A stretch of 20,000 bases of DNA from an uncultured virus (IMG/VR IMGVR_UViG_3300019458_000025). Lineage: Duplodnaviria > Heunggongvirae > Uroviricota > Caudoviricetes. Under the pieces are notes generated by a model, which did not search any database, was not told the DNA's origin, and saw only the letters and a list, made by a program, of their open reading frames with translations. Numbering within the stretch: position 1 is the first letter of the stretch; the number at the start of each line of letters is the position of its first letter. Location of the stretch: IMG/VR virus record IMGVR_UViG_3300019458_000025; one strand, written 5' to 3'. The translations under genes were made by a program, and so were the position numbers. Of the stretch, positions 7,197-16,103 are shown piece after piece.

Positions 7197-8218
7197 GCCT
7201 CGCGCTCCACGAGAACGCGATCGACGACGTCGGGCCCCGCCCAATGGCCTTCCCACCAGAAGACCTTCGTGAGCGCGGTGTCGGGTTCGAGGACGGTCCC
7301 GCAACGGCAGGTCTCGCGCTGGAGGAACCTCCGGATGCCCCGCCGCACGCCGCAGATCGTGCAGTAGGAGAGGATCTTGAAGTGGCCCCGGACGAAGTAC
7401 GGGTTCTGCCGCTGGACGCCGGACTCGTTCCGGCGGAGCGCAAGCGCGATCCTTTTCGAGACGTCCTTGATGACGAGCGCCTCGAACTCGCGCCCGTACT
7501 CGGGGCGCCACCAGTACCGATCCTTCGGCCGCTCCATCCGCGGAGCCGGACGGCGCTCGTAGGAGACGTTCGAGCTATTGAGGAACATGAGAAAGGAAAG
7601 CGCCTCCAGGCGCCACCGGAGCCCCGCGCTCCGGCCGCCGCGGTTGATCGGACCCTGCTCGGAAAGGACGGCGTCCTCGGTCAAGGACGCCAGCTTGAAG
7701 GACGGCCCTTCGACCGCCATCGAGTCGAGGAGCATGTGCCACTTCCCGTTGTCGGGAAGCGTCCGGTAGTACCAGACCATCGTGAGCGTCCGCGTGGGCT
7801 CCCCGGCCCGTCCGCTCTTCATGGCCTCGATCGAATGCCAGAACGGCATCGTGCTTTCCATGAGATGGAGGCCGTACCGCTTCTCGGTGTCCTTGATCTC
7901 GTCGAAGGTGATGGCCGCGCCCATCTCGATGAAGAGGTTCGCGATCGGCATCCGGATCATCTGGCCCGTGACAAAGGTCGGCCGCGCCTGGTGGATGCGC
8001 GTCCCAAGATCGCCGGGCGCGTAGAGGACGCGCGCGTCCGCGAGGTTCCCGAGCGCGATCCGCATCTTGCTCTCGTTGGCCTCCTGGTGCTTGGCCTTGC
8101 GGAGCGCGTTCTCCTCGTCCGTGTAGCCCGCGGTCGCGAGCCCTGGGATGACGCCGACCAGCTTGCCATCGGCCGCGTGCCGCAGGATGTCGTAGTACCG
8201 GGTCGGAAACGGGTGCAT
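7193..8218 (-). CDS. Conserved phage protein (VRGHF...WWxGHWxG family) with Zn-ribbon insert
   Basis: 341 aa from MHPFPTRYY (TGATG overlap); C-terminal PYFVRGHFK..CTICG..CRCG..KVFWWEGHWAG. Confidence 0.8.
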   Translation of the reverse strand: MHPFPTRYYDILRHAADGKLVGVIPGLATAGYTDEENALRKAKHQEANESKMRIALGNLADARVLYAPGDLGTRIHQARPTFVTGQMIRMPIANLFIEMGAAITFDEIKDTEKRYGLHLMESTMPFWHSIEAMKSGRAGEPTRTLTMVWYYRTLPDNGKWHMLLDSMAVEGPSFKLASLTEDAVLSEQGPINRGGRSAGLRWRLEALSFLMFLNSSNVSYERRPAPRMERPKDRYWWRPEYGREFEALVIKDVSKRIALALRRNESGVQRQNPYFVRGHFKILSYCTICGVRRGIRRFLQRETCRCGTVLEPDTALTKVFWWEGHWAGPDVVDRVLVEREA

Positions 8219-8373
8219 CAACTCACCGCCTTTTCGTCGCCGTCCCTGGGGCGGCGCTTTCCGCAGGCGCATTCGCGGGTCTTGACGCCGTCGATGGTCC
8301 GGCGGATCATCATCCCGCAGCGCGGGCAGTAGAGGATCTCCTGGGACTTCCGGCGGCTGTCGGGCTTCCTCAT
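8218..8373 (-). CDS. 51-aa Zn-ribbon protein, probably near-leaderless
   Basis: MRKPDSRRKSQEILYCPRCGMMIRRTIDGVKTRECACGKRRPRDGDEKAVS; ATG 8 nt after the -10 box of P2; stop overlaps next ATG; not in ORF track. Confidence 0.7.
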   Translation of the reverse strand: MRKPDSRRKSQEILYCPRCGMMIRRTIDGVKTRECACGKRRPRDGDEKAVS

Positions 8374-8381
8374 CTTCACAG

Positions 8382-8410
8382 ATGTTAACGGATGTGGACG
8401 CCCGTGTCAA
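8382..8410 (-). promoter_or_regulatory. Sigma70-type promoter P2
   Basis: TTGACA-17nt-TAACAT, intergenic. Confidence 0.8.
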
Positions 8411-8413
8411 GCG

Positions 8414-8435
8414 AAAAACGCGGTGTCGTTCCGCA
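8414..8435 (-). terminator. Weak putative intrinsic terminator upstream of P2
   Basis: (T)GCGG-7nt-CCGC(G) followed by TTTTT on minus. Confidence 0.35.
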
Positions 8436-8463
8436 GCTTTCCGGTGGGACCGTTATGGAGCGC

Positions 8464-8769
8464 CTACCCGAGATCCGTATTGACCGGGATGACGCGGACG
8501 ACCTCAGCCATGCGGCCGTGTTCCTTCTTCCAGGCTGAAAGGCATGGGCGACCGCAGGAAAACCAGGTCGCCCTGCCGTCCGCCCAGAGGACGCCGAGGC
8601 GTGCCAGGCGCCTCGGATGGCGCGGGCACCGCCTTCCGTGGCCGCGCTCCGCGAGCATCTGATCGACGCGCGCGATGACTGCGGGGCTGGGCCCGCGCTT
8701 CCGTCGAACCATGGTCTTAGCCCCCTCGTTGACGACGCGGACGACCGCGGCGCACTTTTCGCAGGTCAC
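8464..8769 (-). CDS. Hypothetical Cys-containing protein
   Basis: GTGA overlap; MTCEKC...CPRH...CGRPC. Confidence 0.65.
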   Translation of the reverse strand: MTCEKCAAVVRVVNEGAKTMVRRKRGPSPAVIARVDQMLAERGHGRRCPRHPRRLARLGVLWADGRATWFSCGRPCLSAWKKEHGRMAEVVRVIPVNTDLG

Positions 8770-9125
8770 GGGAAGCCCTTCTTTTCGATGACGGTGAGGC
8801 CCTCGGCTTCGAACTTCTGGACGAACTTCTCGAAGGTGTCGCACTCGCTGAAGTCCCTGAGCGTGAAGACCATCCCGGGTATCGGGACGGTCTTCATCAT
8901 CTGTTCGGCCTCGGCCACGACCTCAGCGTCGCTCTTCGCCTCCTTCTTGAACGATTGCTTCCCACGATCGTTGATGTCGTACACGAGTGCCATCGTGAAC
9001 GTGCCATCCTCGTTCCGCCTCGACATAAGCCGGACGTTGATGCCGCGGACGGTCTTCGAGGTCCAGAACTTCCAATAGCGCTGCTTCGGATATTCCGCGG
9101 ACAGAACGCAGTCGGTCGGCTCCAT
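8766..9125 (-). CDS. Hypothetical protein
   Basis: 119 aa, strong GC3 coding pattern. Confidence 0.75.
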   Translation of the reverse strand: MEPTDCVLSAEYPKQRYWKFWTSKTVRGINVRLMSRRNEDGTFTMALVYDINDRGKQSFKKEAKSDAEVVAEAEQMMKTVPIPGMVFTLRDFSECDTFEKFVQKFEAEGLTVIEKKGFP

Positions 9126-9128
9126 CGG

Positions 9129-9638
9129 CTATGAGGTCCCCTGGGCTGCGGCAGGCGTCCCCGCAGCCTCCTTCTTCTTCAAGTCCAGGCAGCACTTGAG
9201 GAGGATCTTGTAGCCCGGAAACTCGCCCCGGACCACGAGATGGCGGCGCCCGCACTTCCGGCAGATCCGGTGGTTCTCTCCGCAGACCTCGCAGGGGTAG
9301 CCGCGGGCGCTCTTCCGGCTTTTCTGGCTCAGGCAGTAATGGCATCCCCGCGGTCCGAGGTTCGGGCGATTTCCCCCGTAGACCATCCCCGGCGCAGGCT
9401 TCCATCGGGAGCGCCCGATGTAATCGTGCGCCTCCTTGGTGAGCGCGTAGTCGAAGACGTAGTCGTCCTCATGGCCCTGAGCGCTGATCAAGTCGAGGTT
9501 GATCAGCCAGTCGATCGTCCTCTTGTTGATCGTGATGTGCTCCCGGTCGGTGAAGAAGCAAGAGCCGTTTCTACGGCGAAGCGTCTTCCCGTCCTTCATG
9601 AGCCAGACGACGAGCCGCTGGGACTTCGTGATGTTCAT
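9129..9638 (-). CDS. wHTH-like plus C-terminal Zn-finger protein
   Basis: 169 aa from MNITKSQ; TIDWLINLDLI...YALT then CHYC, CEVC, CRKC. Confidence 0.75.
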   Translation of the reverse strand: MNITKSQRLVVWLMKDGKTLRRRNGSCFFTDREHITINKRTIDWLINLDLISAQGHEDDYVFDYALTKEAHDYIGRSRWKPAPGMVYGGNRPNLGPRGCHYCLSQKSRKSARGYPCEVCGENHRICRKCGRRHLVVRGEFPGYKILLKCCLDLKKKEAAGTPAAAQGTS

Positions 9639-9640
9639 TG

Positions 9641-9730
9641 TCAATGCCTCAATTCGCAACACTTCTCGCAAAGGCCGCAGGAGTTGAGTGGTGCCGATTG
9701 ACCACACATCGGGCAATTCTCAATTTTCAC
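9641..9730 (-). CDS. 29-aa Cys-rich microprotein
   Basis: GTGA overlap; MKIENCPMCGQSAPLNSCGLCEKCCELRH; not in ORF track. Confidence 0.6.
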   Translation of the reverse strand: MKIENCPMCGQSAPLNSCGLCEKCCELRH

Positions 9731-9885
9731 GATTTGCGCCCCCTCTTCTGCTTGCCGCTCGCCTTTTCTGCCGCTTCAAAGCCAGCTTCAAAAGCAGCCC
9801 AAATCTCGGTGAGGCATCGCCCGGAAAGCCGCACGCTCTCCACGTACATCGTCGCCAAGTAGCGGCGCCTGGTCGTCGTCTTCAC
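9727..9885 (-). CDS. Small hypothetical protein
   Basis: GTGA overlap at 9882-9885; WAAFEAGFEAA motif common in small phage proteins. Confidence 0.55.
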   Translation of the reverse strand: MKTTTRRRYLATMYVESVRLSGRCLTEIWAAFEAGFEAAEKASGKQKRGRKS

Positions 9886-10613
9886 GATTGATGATCCGGA
9901 GATGTCTCTACGATGCGCTTCTTCCACAACGCGCCTTCCACTTCATAGAGGGGGCGTTGTTCAAATGGATTCCCATCCCCAACAACGTCCCACATTCGCG
10001 ACCATTTAAGGCCGATCATGACTGATTCGTACGCCATCTGCTCGCGGCTCTTGGGAGGGGACTTGACGAGCTTTACCGCAACTGCGGCCGATTCCGGATC
10101 GGCCTGGCCCCGAATCCAAAAGTGCTCATGGCCAGCCATAATTTCATCCCATAGAGGGCCGTTTATCCATTCCATCTTCAACCTCACCTTACCAGCACCG
10201 GCTTCCAGTTGTTTAGCATGGAATCGTGGGACACCATCGGCGTCGCTCCGATCGCGATCTGTCGCAAGGAGAACAACCTCCGCGTATCGAAGGGGTGGTG
10301 CCTCGGCTCGGAGTTTTTGGGCAACGTAGCTGCGGTAGGCGGCGATCGAGTCGAGGACGATCTTTTCCGCCTCCGTGGAAAGCCGCGCACGGTCACCAGG
10401 TCGTAACGGCGGGGGAACCGGGGATGACACTCGTTGGAATATCGAATTTGGAGGGCTCTGAAGGAGATCTATGAGTCCCGGGCCGACCGTGAATACCCAG
10501 GATTCCTTCCACCAGACGAAGCGCCATGCCGCTTCATCCACCAGCCCACGCATCTCGATCGGCGGATCATCCTCAAAGTAGAAGATCTCGACACCCTCAG
10601 CGACCTTGGTCAT
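9882..10613 (-). CDS. Hypothetical protein
   Basis: 243 aa, GGAGG SD. Confidence 0.75.
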   Translation of the reverse strand: MTKVAEGVEIFYFEDDPPIEMRGLVDEAAWRFVWWKESWVFTVGPGLIDLLQSPPNSIFQRVSSPVPPPLRPGDRARLSTEAEKIVLDSIAAYRSYVAQKLRAEAPPLRYAEVVLLATDRDRSDADGVPRFHAKQLEAGAGKVRLKMEWINGPLWDEIMAGHEHFWIRGQADPESAAVAVKLVKSPPKSREQMAYESVMIGLKWSRMWDVVGDGNPFEQRPLYEVEGALWKKRIVETSPDHQS

Positions 10614-10640
10614 CGCCAGTTCCTCCCGCCGAAACCGGAT

Positions 10641-10967
10641 CTAGCGGTGCTGCCCGAAGCAGTCCGAGCAGTAGACCGGGCGGTCTCCCCGGGGCTTGAA
10701 CGGAACGCGCGCTTCCTTCCCGCAGTCGGCGCAGACCGCGGTGTGGTATTCGCGCGGACCGGTCCGGTCGCGCGCCGGACCCCGATCGCCGCCGCCCTGC
10801 CGATCGCCGCCTCCGCGCTGCTTCTTCGCCTCGCGGCAGGGCTTGCAGCGCTTGGGTTCGTTGCTGAAGCCGAGCTTCGCGAAATGCTCCTGTTCCCCGG
10901 CCGTGAACGTGAACGCCGCCTGGCAATCGACGCACTGCAACTCCTTGTCCGTGTACGCTTCGGGCAT
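10641..10967 (-). CDS. Zinc-ribbon (zf-trcl-like) plus CxxC-x17-CxxC domain protein
   Basis: DKELQCVDC..FTFTAGEQ..F...GF.NEPKRC..CR and AVCADCG....VPFKP...RPVYCSDCF; GGAGG SD. Confidence 0.9.
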   Translation of the reverse strand: MPEAYTDKELQCVDCQAAFTFTAGEQEHFAKLGFSNEPKRCKPCREAKKQRGGGDRQGGGDRGPARDRTGPREYHTAVCADCGKEARVPFKPRGDRPVYCSDCFGQHR

Positions 10968-11043
10968 GGCCCTTCCTCCGTTAGATGCCGCTGGGAACTC
11001 CGGAAACGTCCGAGGCCCCTTGAGGCATGATTAAACTATTTCG

Positions 11044-11304
11044 TCACCGCCAATGCCACGCGATATTGCCCATCCGGTTGAGCTTCTCGCGCATCCACTT
11101 CTCGATCAGCTTCCAGAACGGACCCCGACGCCACCACGGCGCTTGTAGATGCCGGACGTATTCCCGGATGAAGTCTCCAGCGGGTGCCTCATGTCGCTCC
11201 ATCTTGATCGTGATCCTGGGCTTTCCTTCGACGTTCACGAGCACCGCGGGGACGTCCTCGATCGCCCCGGTCGCCCAACGAGTCTCCCATTCGGTGATGG
11301 TCAT
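11044..11304 (-). CDS. Hypothetical protein
   Basis: 86 aa, GGAGG SD, TGATG overlap. Confidence 0.65.
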   Translation of the reverse strand: MTITEWETRWATGAIEDVPAVLVNVEGKPRITIKMERHEAPAGDFIREYVRHLQAPWWRRGPFWKLIEKWMREKLNRMGNIAWHWR

Positions 11305-12035
11305 CACGCCTCCTCGGCTTTCGGTGCATGGAGCGTACCGACGTAGACTGCGATGACACCGAAACCGCCGAATGGCTCCGGATCGCCCGGCGCCCCGACT
11401 TCGAGGAAGAAGCATTCGGTCGCCCGGATCTTCCTGGGCGCGGTCCAGGACACGCACGGAAGCTTCCGTCCGTTGACGAGCGCGAGAAGATCCTTCGCGC
11501 GGTCCCGGTCATAGGGGTGCGCCGGTTCAGGAAGCGGGATGTGCCGGACGTCCTCCGGGGCGGCGAGCTTCGTGTGGACGCTCTGGCCGAAGTGGTCCAC
11601 GACGCCGCCGAGCGGATACCAGCCATCCCGTTCGAGAGGCGTCGCGATGCGCCTGAGCCTTTCGTCGTCCTCCGGATGCTCGCAGTAGATCCGGATCTCC
11701 TCCCGCTCGAAGTGAAGGGGATAGGTCAACTGGGAGTCCATGGTCATGTTCGTCCAGGTCCAGTCCCGGTCGTGGTTAGGTCCCTTCCGGGGCGCCTTCC
11801 CCTGGCGTTCGAGGTTCCAGATCGAGGCCGTGAAGAACTCGGTGAGGCACGATTCGACCTTGGCGCGAGACCAGAGGAGCCCAGGGGTGTAGGCTTCGAG
11901 ATCCGGCTCCCTGTAGCGATAGGTCAGTTCGTTGACGACCTCAAGAATTCTCATCCGTTCGAGCGCGTCCATGTCCATGAGCCGGAGCGCCATGTTCCGC
12001 GCATCCCCCTGGAGGTCTTCCATTTTCATGGGCAT
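11304..12035 (-). CDS. Hypothetical protein
   Basis: 243 aa from MPMKMEDL with GAGGAGG SD. Confidence 0.8.
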   Translation of the reverse strand: MPMKMEDLQGDARNMALRLMDMDALERMRILEVVNELTYRYREPDLEAYTPGLLWSRAKVESCLTEFFTASIWNLERQGKAPRKGPNHDRDWTWTNMTMDSQLTYPLHFEREEIRIYCEHPEDDERLRRIATPLERDGWYPLGGVVDHFGQSVHTKLAAPEDVRHIPLPEPAHPYDRDRAKDLLALVNGRKLPCVSWTAPRKIRATECFFLEVGAPGDPEPFGGFGVIAVYVGTLHAPKAEEA

Positions 12036-12049
12036 TGGACCCTCCTCTC

Positions 12050-12394
12050 TTAGCTCGTGACCTGGATCGCCGACGTGACGAGCATTTCGTGGACCGCGGC
12101 GGCGTGGCAGTCGTGCAGATAGGCGCCGACGTGCGCGCGGTGGCAGTAGCGACCGGTCGCGTCCCGGACCAGTTCCTGGCCCATCTCGCAGCGCTTGCAG
12201 ATCCTCGGGATGAGGTAGTGACGCTCGTGGTCGCGCACGTTCTGGTTGAGATGGAGGAGCGCCTGTCCGACGCGGCATCGGAGGCTTGCCGTGGGTTCGC
12301 CGCGTTCGCAGGGACCCCCGTTGACCCCGGCCGTGCAGAGGTCGTCGTGGAATCTGCGGATGATCTCGAACCAGTCAGTTCCTTGTTCGGGCAC
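12050..12394 (-). CDS. His/Cys-rich hypothetical protein
   Basis: 114 aa, GTG start with GAGGGG SD. Confidence 0.7.
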   Translation of the reverse strand: MPEQGTDWFEIIRRFHDDLCTAGVNGGPCERGEPTASLRCRVGQALLHLNQNVRDHERHYLIPRICKRCEMGQELVRDATGRYCHRAHVGAYLHDCHAAAVHEMLVTSAIQVTS

Positions 12395-12418
12395 CGAATC
12401 CCCCTCGTCAGGCTCTCC

Positions 12419-12637
12419 TCAACGGCGGCTGTACATCAACGCGACAAGAACGGACGGCACCGTCATGATGAAGCCCATTGCGGCCCACTTGATCCGGACC
12501 GGGCTCTCGGCGAACCAGGACAAGAACCTGAAGAGCACGAGGAGGAGTACCAGGAGGATCGGGACTCCGATCGAGCACCACACCCCGATCGTGCCGCTCC
12601 GGAGTTCCCGGTCGTTCACGCCTGCCCGGCCATTCAT
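12419..12637 (-). CDS. Small membrane protein (2 TM)
   Basis: ATGA overlap; two hydrophobic segments and a basic C-terminus. Confidence 0.7.
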   Translation of the reverse strand: MNGRAGVNDRELRSGTIGVWCSIGVPILLVLLLVLFRFLSWFAESPVRIKWAAMGFIMTVPSVLVALMYSRR

Positions 12638-13377
12638 GCCGCGCTCCCGCGAAGCCCTCGGACCTGAAGCACCCAGTCGTTCAGGAACCCGCGATCCCCC
12701 TCCGCCGGGATCGGCCAGGGTTTCATGCCGTCGATCTCGTTGATGAGCGAGAGCGTCGTCTCGACGATCCGCTCCTTGGACCACTCGCTCCGCCGGATCT
12801 GCATGAGGATGTCGCGCTCGCCGCCTTCCTTCCAGACGAGAGGCGGTTGGCCCTTGGCGATCCGGCGCGCGTCCCAGCCCAGCCGGATCATGTGGTAGGC
12901 CCACTTCTCGTTGTATTCGCCGCCCTTCGTGTGGAGACCTCCCTTTCCCCCGTGGGCCGAGAACTTCTTCAGTTGGCCCTGCATGTACCCGAGGTACTGC
13001 TTGACCGATTCGGCTGTCAGGAAGCGCTGGCGCTCCTTCCGGAGGGGCTCCCATTTCGGGTCCGCCCAATAGAGCCGGTCGGTGAAGAGCATCTCGATGA
13101 TGCCCGGATTGCCCTTGAGGAGGAGGTTCGCGAACTTCCCGACCTCGTGGACCTGGTAGTCCGGCTTCTGGGCTTCCGGGTTGTCGATCGTGTCCGGGGG
13201 CGGCGAGAGCCCGAGGAGGTCGTGGTTGAAGGCCACGTAGACGGCCACGTAGTCGATGTCGCTCGTCTCGATCTGGGTGTTGTGGCTCCAGGAGCCCCAG
13301 ATCTTGGAGAAGATCGTCCAACCGCGGAGCATCGGGGCCTTTTCGAGCCAGCCGGTGGGGTTCAGATCCTTAGACAT
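12634..13377 (-). CDS. Pol-beta-superfamily nucleotidyltransferase, RlaP/YcgL/NrdC.11-like
   Basis: WGSWSHNT...SDIDY motif, HEVGKF..LLLKGNP.IIEMLF, YLGY, K.AYH.IRL, IRR.E signature pattern. Confidence 0.9.
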   Translation of the reverse strand: MSKDLNPTGWLEKAPMLRGWTIFSKIWGSWSHNTQIETSDIDYVAVYVAFNHDLLGLSPPPDTIDNPEAQKPDYQVHEVGKFANLLLKGNPGIIEMLFTDRLYWADPKWEPLRKERQRFLTAESVKQYLGYMQGQLKKFSAHGGKGGLHTKGGEYNEKWAYHMIRLGWDARRIAKGQPPLVWKEGGERDILMQIRRSEWSKERIVETTLSLINEIDGMKPWPIPAEGDRGFLNDWVLQVRGLRGSAA

Positions 13378-13918
13378 TCGCCTTCCAGAATCCATCCAGT
13401 TCGAGTTGCCCGGATTCCACGAGGTCGAACTCCATGAGTTCCCTATAGTTGAATTTGTTGCGATACTCCAAGCATTCCTTGAGCGTTACCATGGGGCCGC
13501 CGAATCCGAGGAGTTCGCTTCCCCACTTGAGCAGAACGTATTTTGGGACACGCTCCTGTAGTTTTACGAAGCGAGCGCCAAGATCGGTCATTCTCCAGAA
13601 GCCGCTAGTTTTCTTCTCCGGCATCACGTTGATTCTTTCTCTCACGATGCCCCAGTACCTCAACTGAGCGAAGTCCCCTCCGGTTGTCGGAGCGCCAAGA
13701 TCGCGGACATGGAAGAATCCAATGCTTGGTTTCTGCCTGTGACACCTATAGAGGTTGATGAGGTAACGCGCCATAGCGCAAGACAGTTTGCGCTTATAGA
13801 TCTTGAGAAGCCTCCCGCAGGATTCGCATCGGCTCGCGTCGAACTTACCTGGCTCTTTGTACCACGGTCTGCTGTTGAACTGCCCGTCCGGAGGGATGAT
13901 TATTTCAGATTGGAGCAC
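13370..13918 (-). CDS. Conserved phage protein (CxxCG..K.YKRKL...GDFA.LRYWG...SG.WR.T..G), wHTH-like
   Basis: 182 aa; first gene after P3; visibly more AT-rich codons. Confidence 0.8.
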   Translation of the reverse strand: MLQSEIIIPPDGQFNSRPWYKEPGKFDASRCESCGRLLKIYKRKLSCAMARYLINLYRCHRQKPSIGFFHVRDLGAPTTGGDFAQLRYWGIVRERINVMPEKKTSGFWRMTDLGARFVKLQERVPKYVLLKWGSELLGFGGPMVTLKECLEYRNKFNYRELMEFDLVESGQLELDGFWKANV

Positions 13919-13964
13919 ATGTGTCCCTTGTAAAGGCGCCTCTGCTTAGTCCCTCAGTAAACAC

Positions 13965-13993
13965 ATGTTAACAGGTGTAAGTAGAAAAAGCAA
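13965..13993 (-). promoter_or_regulatory. Sigma70-type promoter P3
   Basis: TTGCTT-17nt-TAACAT with TG extension, same GTTAACAT core, AT-rich intergenic region. Confidence 0.7.
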
Positions 13994-14000
13994 GCGCGCT

Positions 14001-14249
14001 CTATTCCTCGGACGTCCGTAGCTCCGCGATGTCCTCATAGATGAACACCTGGCCGCAGACCACGCACATGTCCATTTCCTCAAGTTCGTAGGTTTCCGGG
14101 TTCCTCGCGACGCGCAAGAGTCCTTCCGGACAGGCCGGGCATACGGACTTGTACATCGAGTCGGACCAGCGTTTGAGATCTGCGTGTCGGACGCGGATGG
14201 GAGGCTTGCCAAGGTTCTCCGGCACCGGCCCGTTCACGGGCATGGTCAT
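14001..14249 (-). CDS. Zn-ribbon hypothetical protein
   Basis: 82 aa; CPAC...CVVCG. Confidence 0.75.
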   Translation of the reverse strand: MTMPVNGPVPENLGKPPIRVRHADLKRWSDSMYKSVCPACPEGLLRVARNPETYELEEMDMCVVCGQVFIYEDIAELRTSEE

Positions 14250-14261
14250 GGACGTTTTCCT

Positions 14262-14606
14262 TTAGCCTAACCTGATCTCGAACCCGGCGTTCCTCAGCCG
14301 TTCCACCTGGGCCGGGATGTCGGCCGCGCCCGAGAAGTCCACGGCTTCCCATTCCATCGGGACCGGAAGCGCCGCCGAGCTTCTCCTCATGTCGTCGATC
14401 AGGGCTTCGATTTCATCCTCCCGCATGCCGCGCCTGCGCCGGAGCCCCTGCATGCTCACGAAGGTGTCCCTGACGCCGTTATCGCGGAGGACGACGAAAA
14501 TCGCCGCCACCGCATTCGGATCGCCCGCCTTCCGCTTGAGGACCCACGCGGAGACGATGGCGTCCCCCTCGACGAAGTCCATGGCGGCGTATTCGTCCGG
14601 GTTCAC
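14262..14606 (-). CDS. Hypothetical protein
   Basis: 114 aa, GTG abutting upstream TAG. Confidence 0.7.
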   Translation of the reverse strand: MNPDEYAAMDFVEGDAIVSAWVLKRKAGDPNAVAAIFVVLRDNGVRDTFVSMQGLRRRRGMREDEIEALIDDMRRSSAALPVPMEWEAVDFSGAADIPAQVERLRNAGFEIRLG

Positions 14607-15458
14607 CTAGTTCTTCCCGAGGTTCCCCCGGGTCCTCTCTCGATCCTTCATGAGCTTCCGCGCTTTCGAATCGACCCCGGCGCAGACCCGGAAGAGTTCC
14701 GTGACCTTGAGGCGGACGACGGCGTGCTGAAACCAATCCCGAAGGCGTCGGGCGGTCCCGACCAGGTCCGGATTGCTTTCGGCCTGTGACCGGAGCCGCT
14801 CGACCGGTGCCCGGCAATCCGTCCCGTAGGGCGCCACGAGTGCGGTGATCGTCTCGGCGTCCCGTTTCGCGCGGCGCCAGAGTTCGGTCTCGTCGCATTC
14901 CCTGAAGAAGTCCATCGCTTCGGCACCCCAGGCGCAATCGTGCGCCCACACCTGGTCGGCGCCAATTTCGTCGAGCCTGACGATCTTGGAAGGGGAATGC
15001 CCGTTCACGAAGCGGCTCGTGTCCACGTCGTTCCCGAAGCAGACATTTCCGAAGAAGCAATCCGTCAGGCCGTATCCGGGCAGCGTGATCTCGATCCTGA
15101 GGCTGTTCTTTCCCCCGTTCACGGCGAACGTGAAATAGGCGTGGCTTTCCTCCGGCCTGTGATGGTGCCTGAGGACCAGCTTCGGCCCCCACCCCAAGCG
15201 GCAACTGACCGAGGAAAGGCTTGGATTCCCAGGGCTGAAATCAGAAAGCGTGATCTCGCTCCGATAGCCGTTCACTGCCTCTTCGAGGATGACGGCCTGC
15301 TGGACCTCGTCCGGCTCTCCTGACGGACGCTCGTTGACCTGCCGGGTGCAGTTGCAGAGGTGGCCTTCCTTCTCGACATGATGCGGGCTGTGTTCCGTGA
15401 AACGGAGCGTGCCTTCTCGCGTACGGAAGAAGCTGTACCGGACGACGTGAATGGTCAC
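14607..15458 (-). CDS. Hypothetical protein
   Basis: 283 aa, GGAGG SD, GTGA overlap. Confidence 0.75.
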   Translation of the reverse strand: MTIHVVRYSFFRTREGTLRFTEHSPHHVEKEGHLCNCTRQVNERPSGEPDEVQQAVILEEAVNGYRSEITLSDFSPGNPSLSSVSCRLGWGPKLVLRHHHRPEESHAYFTFAVNGGKNSLRIEITLPGYGLTDCFFGNVCFGNDVDTSRFVNGHSPSKIVRLDEIGADQVWAHDCAWGAEAMDFFRECDETELWRRAKRDAETITALVAPYGTDCRAPVERLRSQAESNPDLVGTARRLRDWFQHAVVRLKVTELFRVCAGVDSKARKLMKDRERTRGNLGKN

Positions 15459-15782
15459 GGCGAGATCCTCCCAAGTTCTATCAGTCGTTTCTTGGCGGCC
15501 ATGCAGCGCTTACGGTCGATTTCGATTCCGATTGCCGGTTTTGTTGGGGAATTCGCATTCGCGGAACCAGCTTTCAGCCAGCGTGTCCAGATCTCCGAAG
15601 AGGTAGACCGATCCTTTCGGCCCCATGCTCGCGCTAATGCGCCGGAATGCCGACTTGATTCGGTCGCTTTCCAAGTCGTAGGGCGGATCGGTAAGAACCA
15701 AATCGAAGCGGGATCGGATTGGCCACTTGAGAAAGTCGCCTTGATATAACCTGACGCTGCCGCACCTGATAACCAGTTCCAT
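15455..15782 (-). pseudogene. N6/N4 DNA methyltransferase remnant (internal deletion plus frameshift)
   Basis: N-terminus LYQGD..FDLVLTDPPY; C-terminus KPAIGIEIDRKRCMAAKKRL...SP* lies in another frame from ~15540; the central part with the FxGxG SAM motif is absent. Confidence 0.8.
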
Positions 15783-15788
15783 TCTCGA

Positions 15789-16100
15789 TTATGCCGCGGC
15801 CTCGCAGCCGCAGTTACACATGTGGTTCCCGTCCGAATCCTTCCATTCGCCGTGACAGACCCAGTGAAGCTTCGCGTGGCAAGGCCCGCAGGTCGTGGCC
15901 ATGGGTTCCTGGTCGAACCAAGTCACGACCGCCCTTCCTTTTAAGCCCTTGAGCGCGCCTTCCGGGCGAGTCGCCGAGCTATCGCGGACGCCGTTCACCA
16001 GGGTCTTGTGAGGCCCCTCGTGCCTGTCCAGGAGGATGCATCCGGACCGCTCCTGGGACCCGGAGATCTCGATCGAGGCTCCGCAGAAAAGCAGGCTCAT
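15789..16100 (-). CDS. Cys/His-rich hypothetical protein
   Basis: 103 aa; C...C.L...H.G.H and CGPC..C..CNC. Confidence 0.7.
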   Translation of the reverse strand: MSLLFCGASIEISGSQERSGCILLDRHEGPHKTLVNGVRDSSATRPEGALKGLKGRAVVTWFDQEPMATTCGPCHAKLHWVCHGEWKDSDGNHMCNCGCEAAA

Positions 16101-16103
16101 GTC

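Noticed and set aside
12419..12637. Holin call for the 2-TM protein
   Set aside because: No endolysin or spanin nearby; the context is early/accessory genes.
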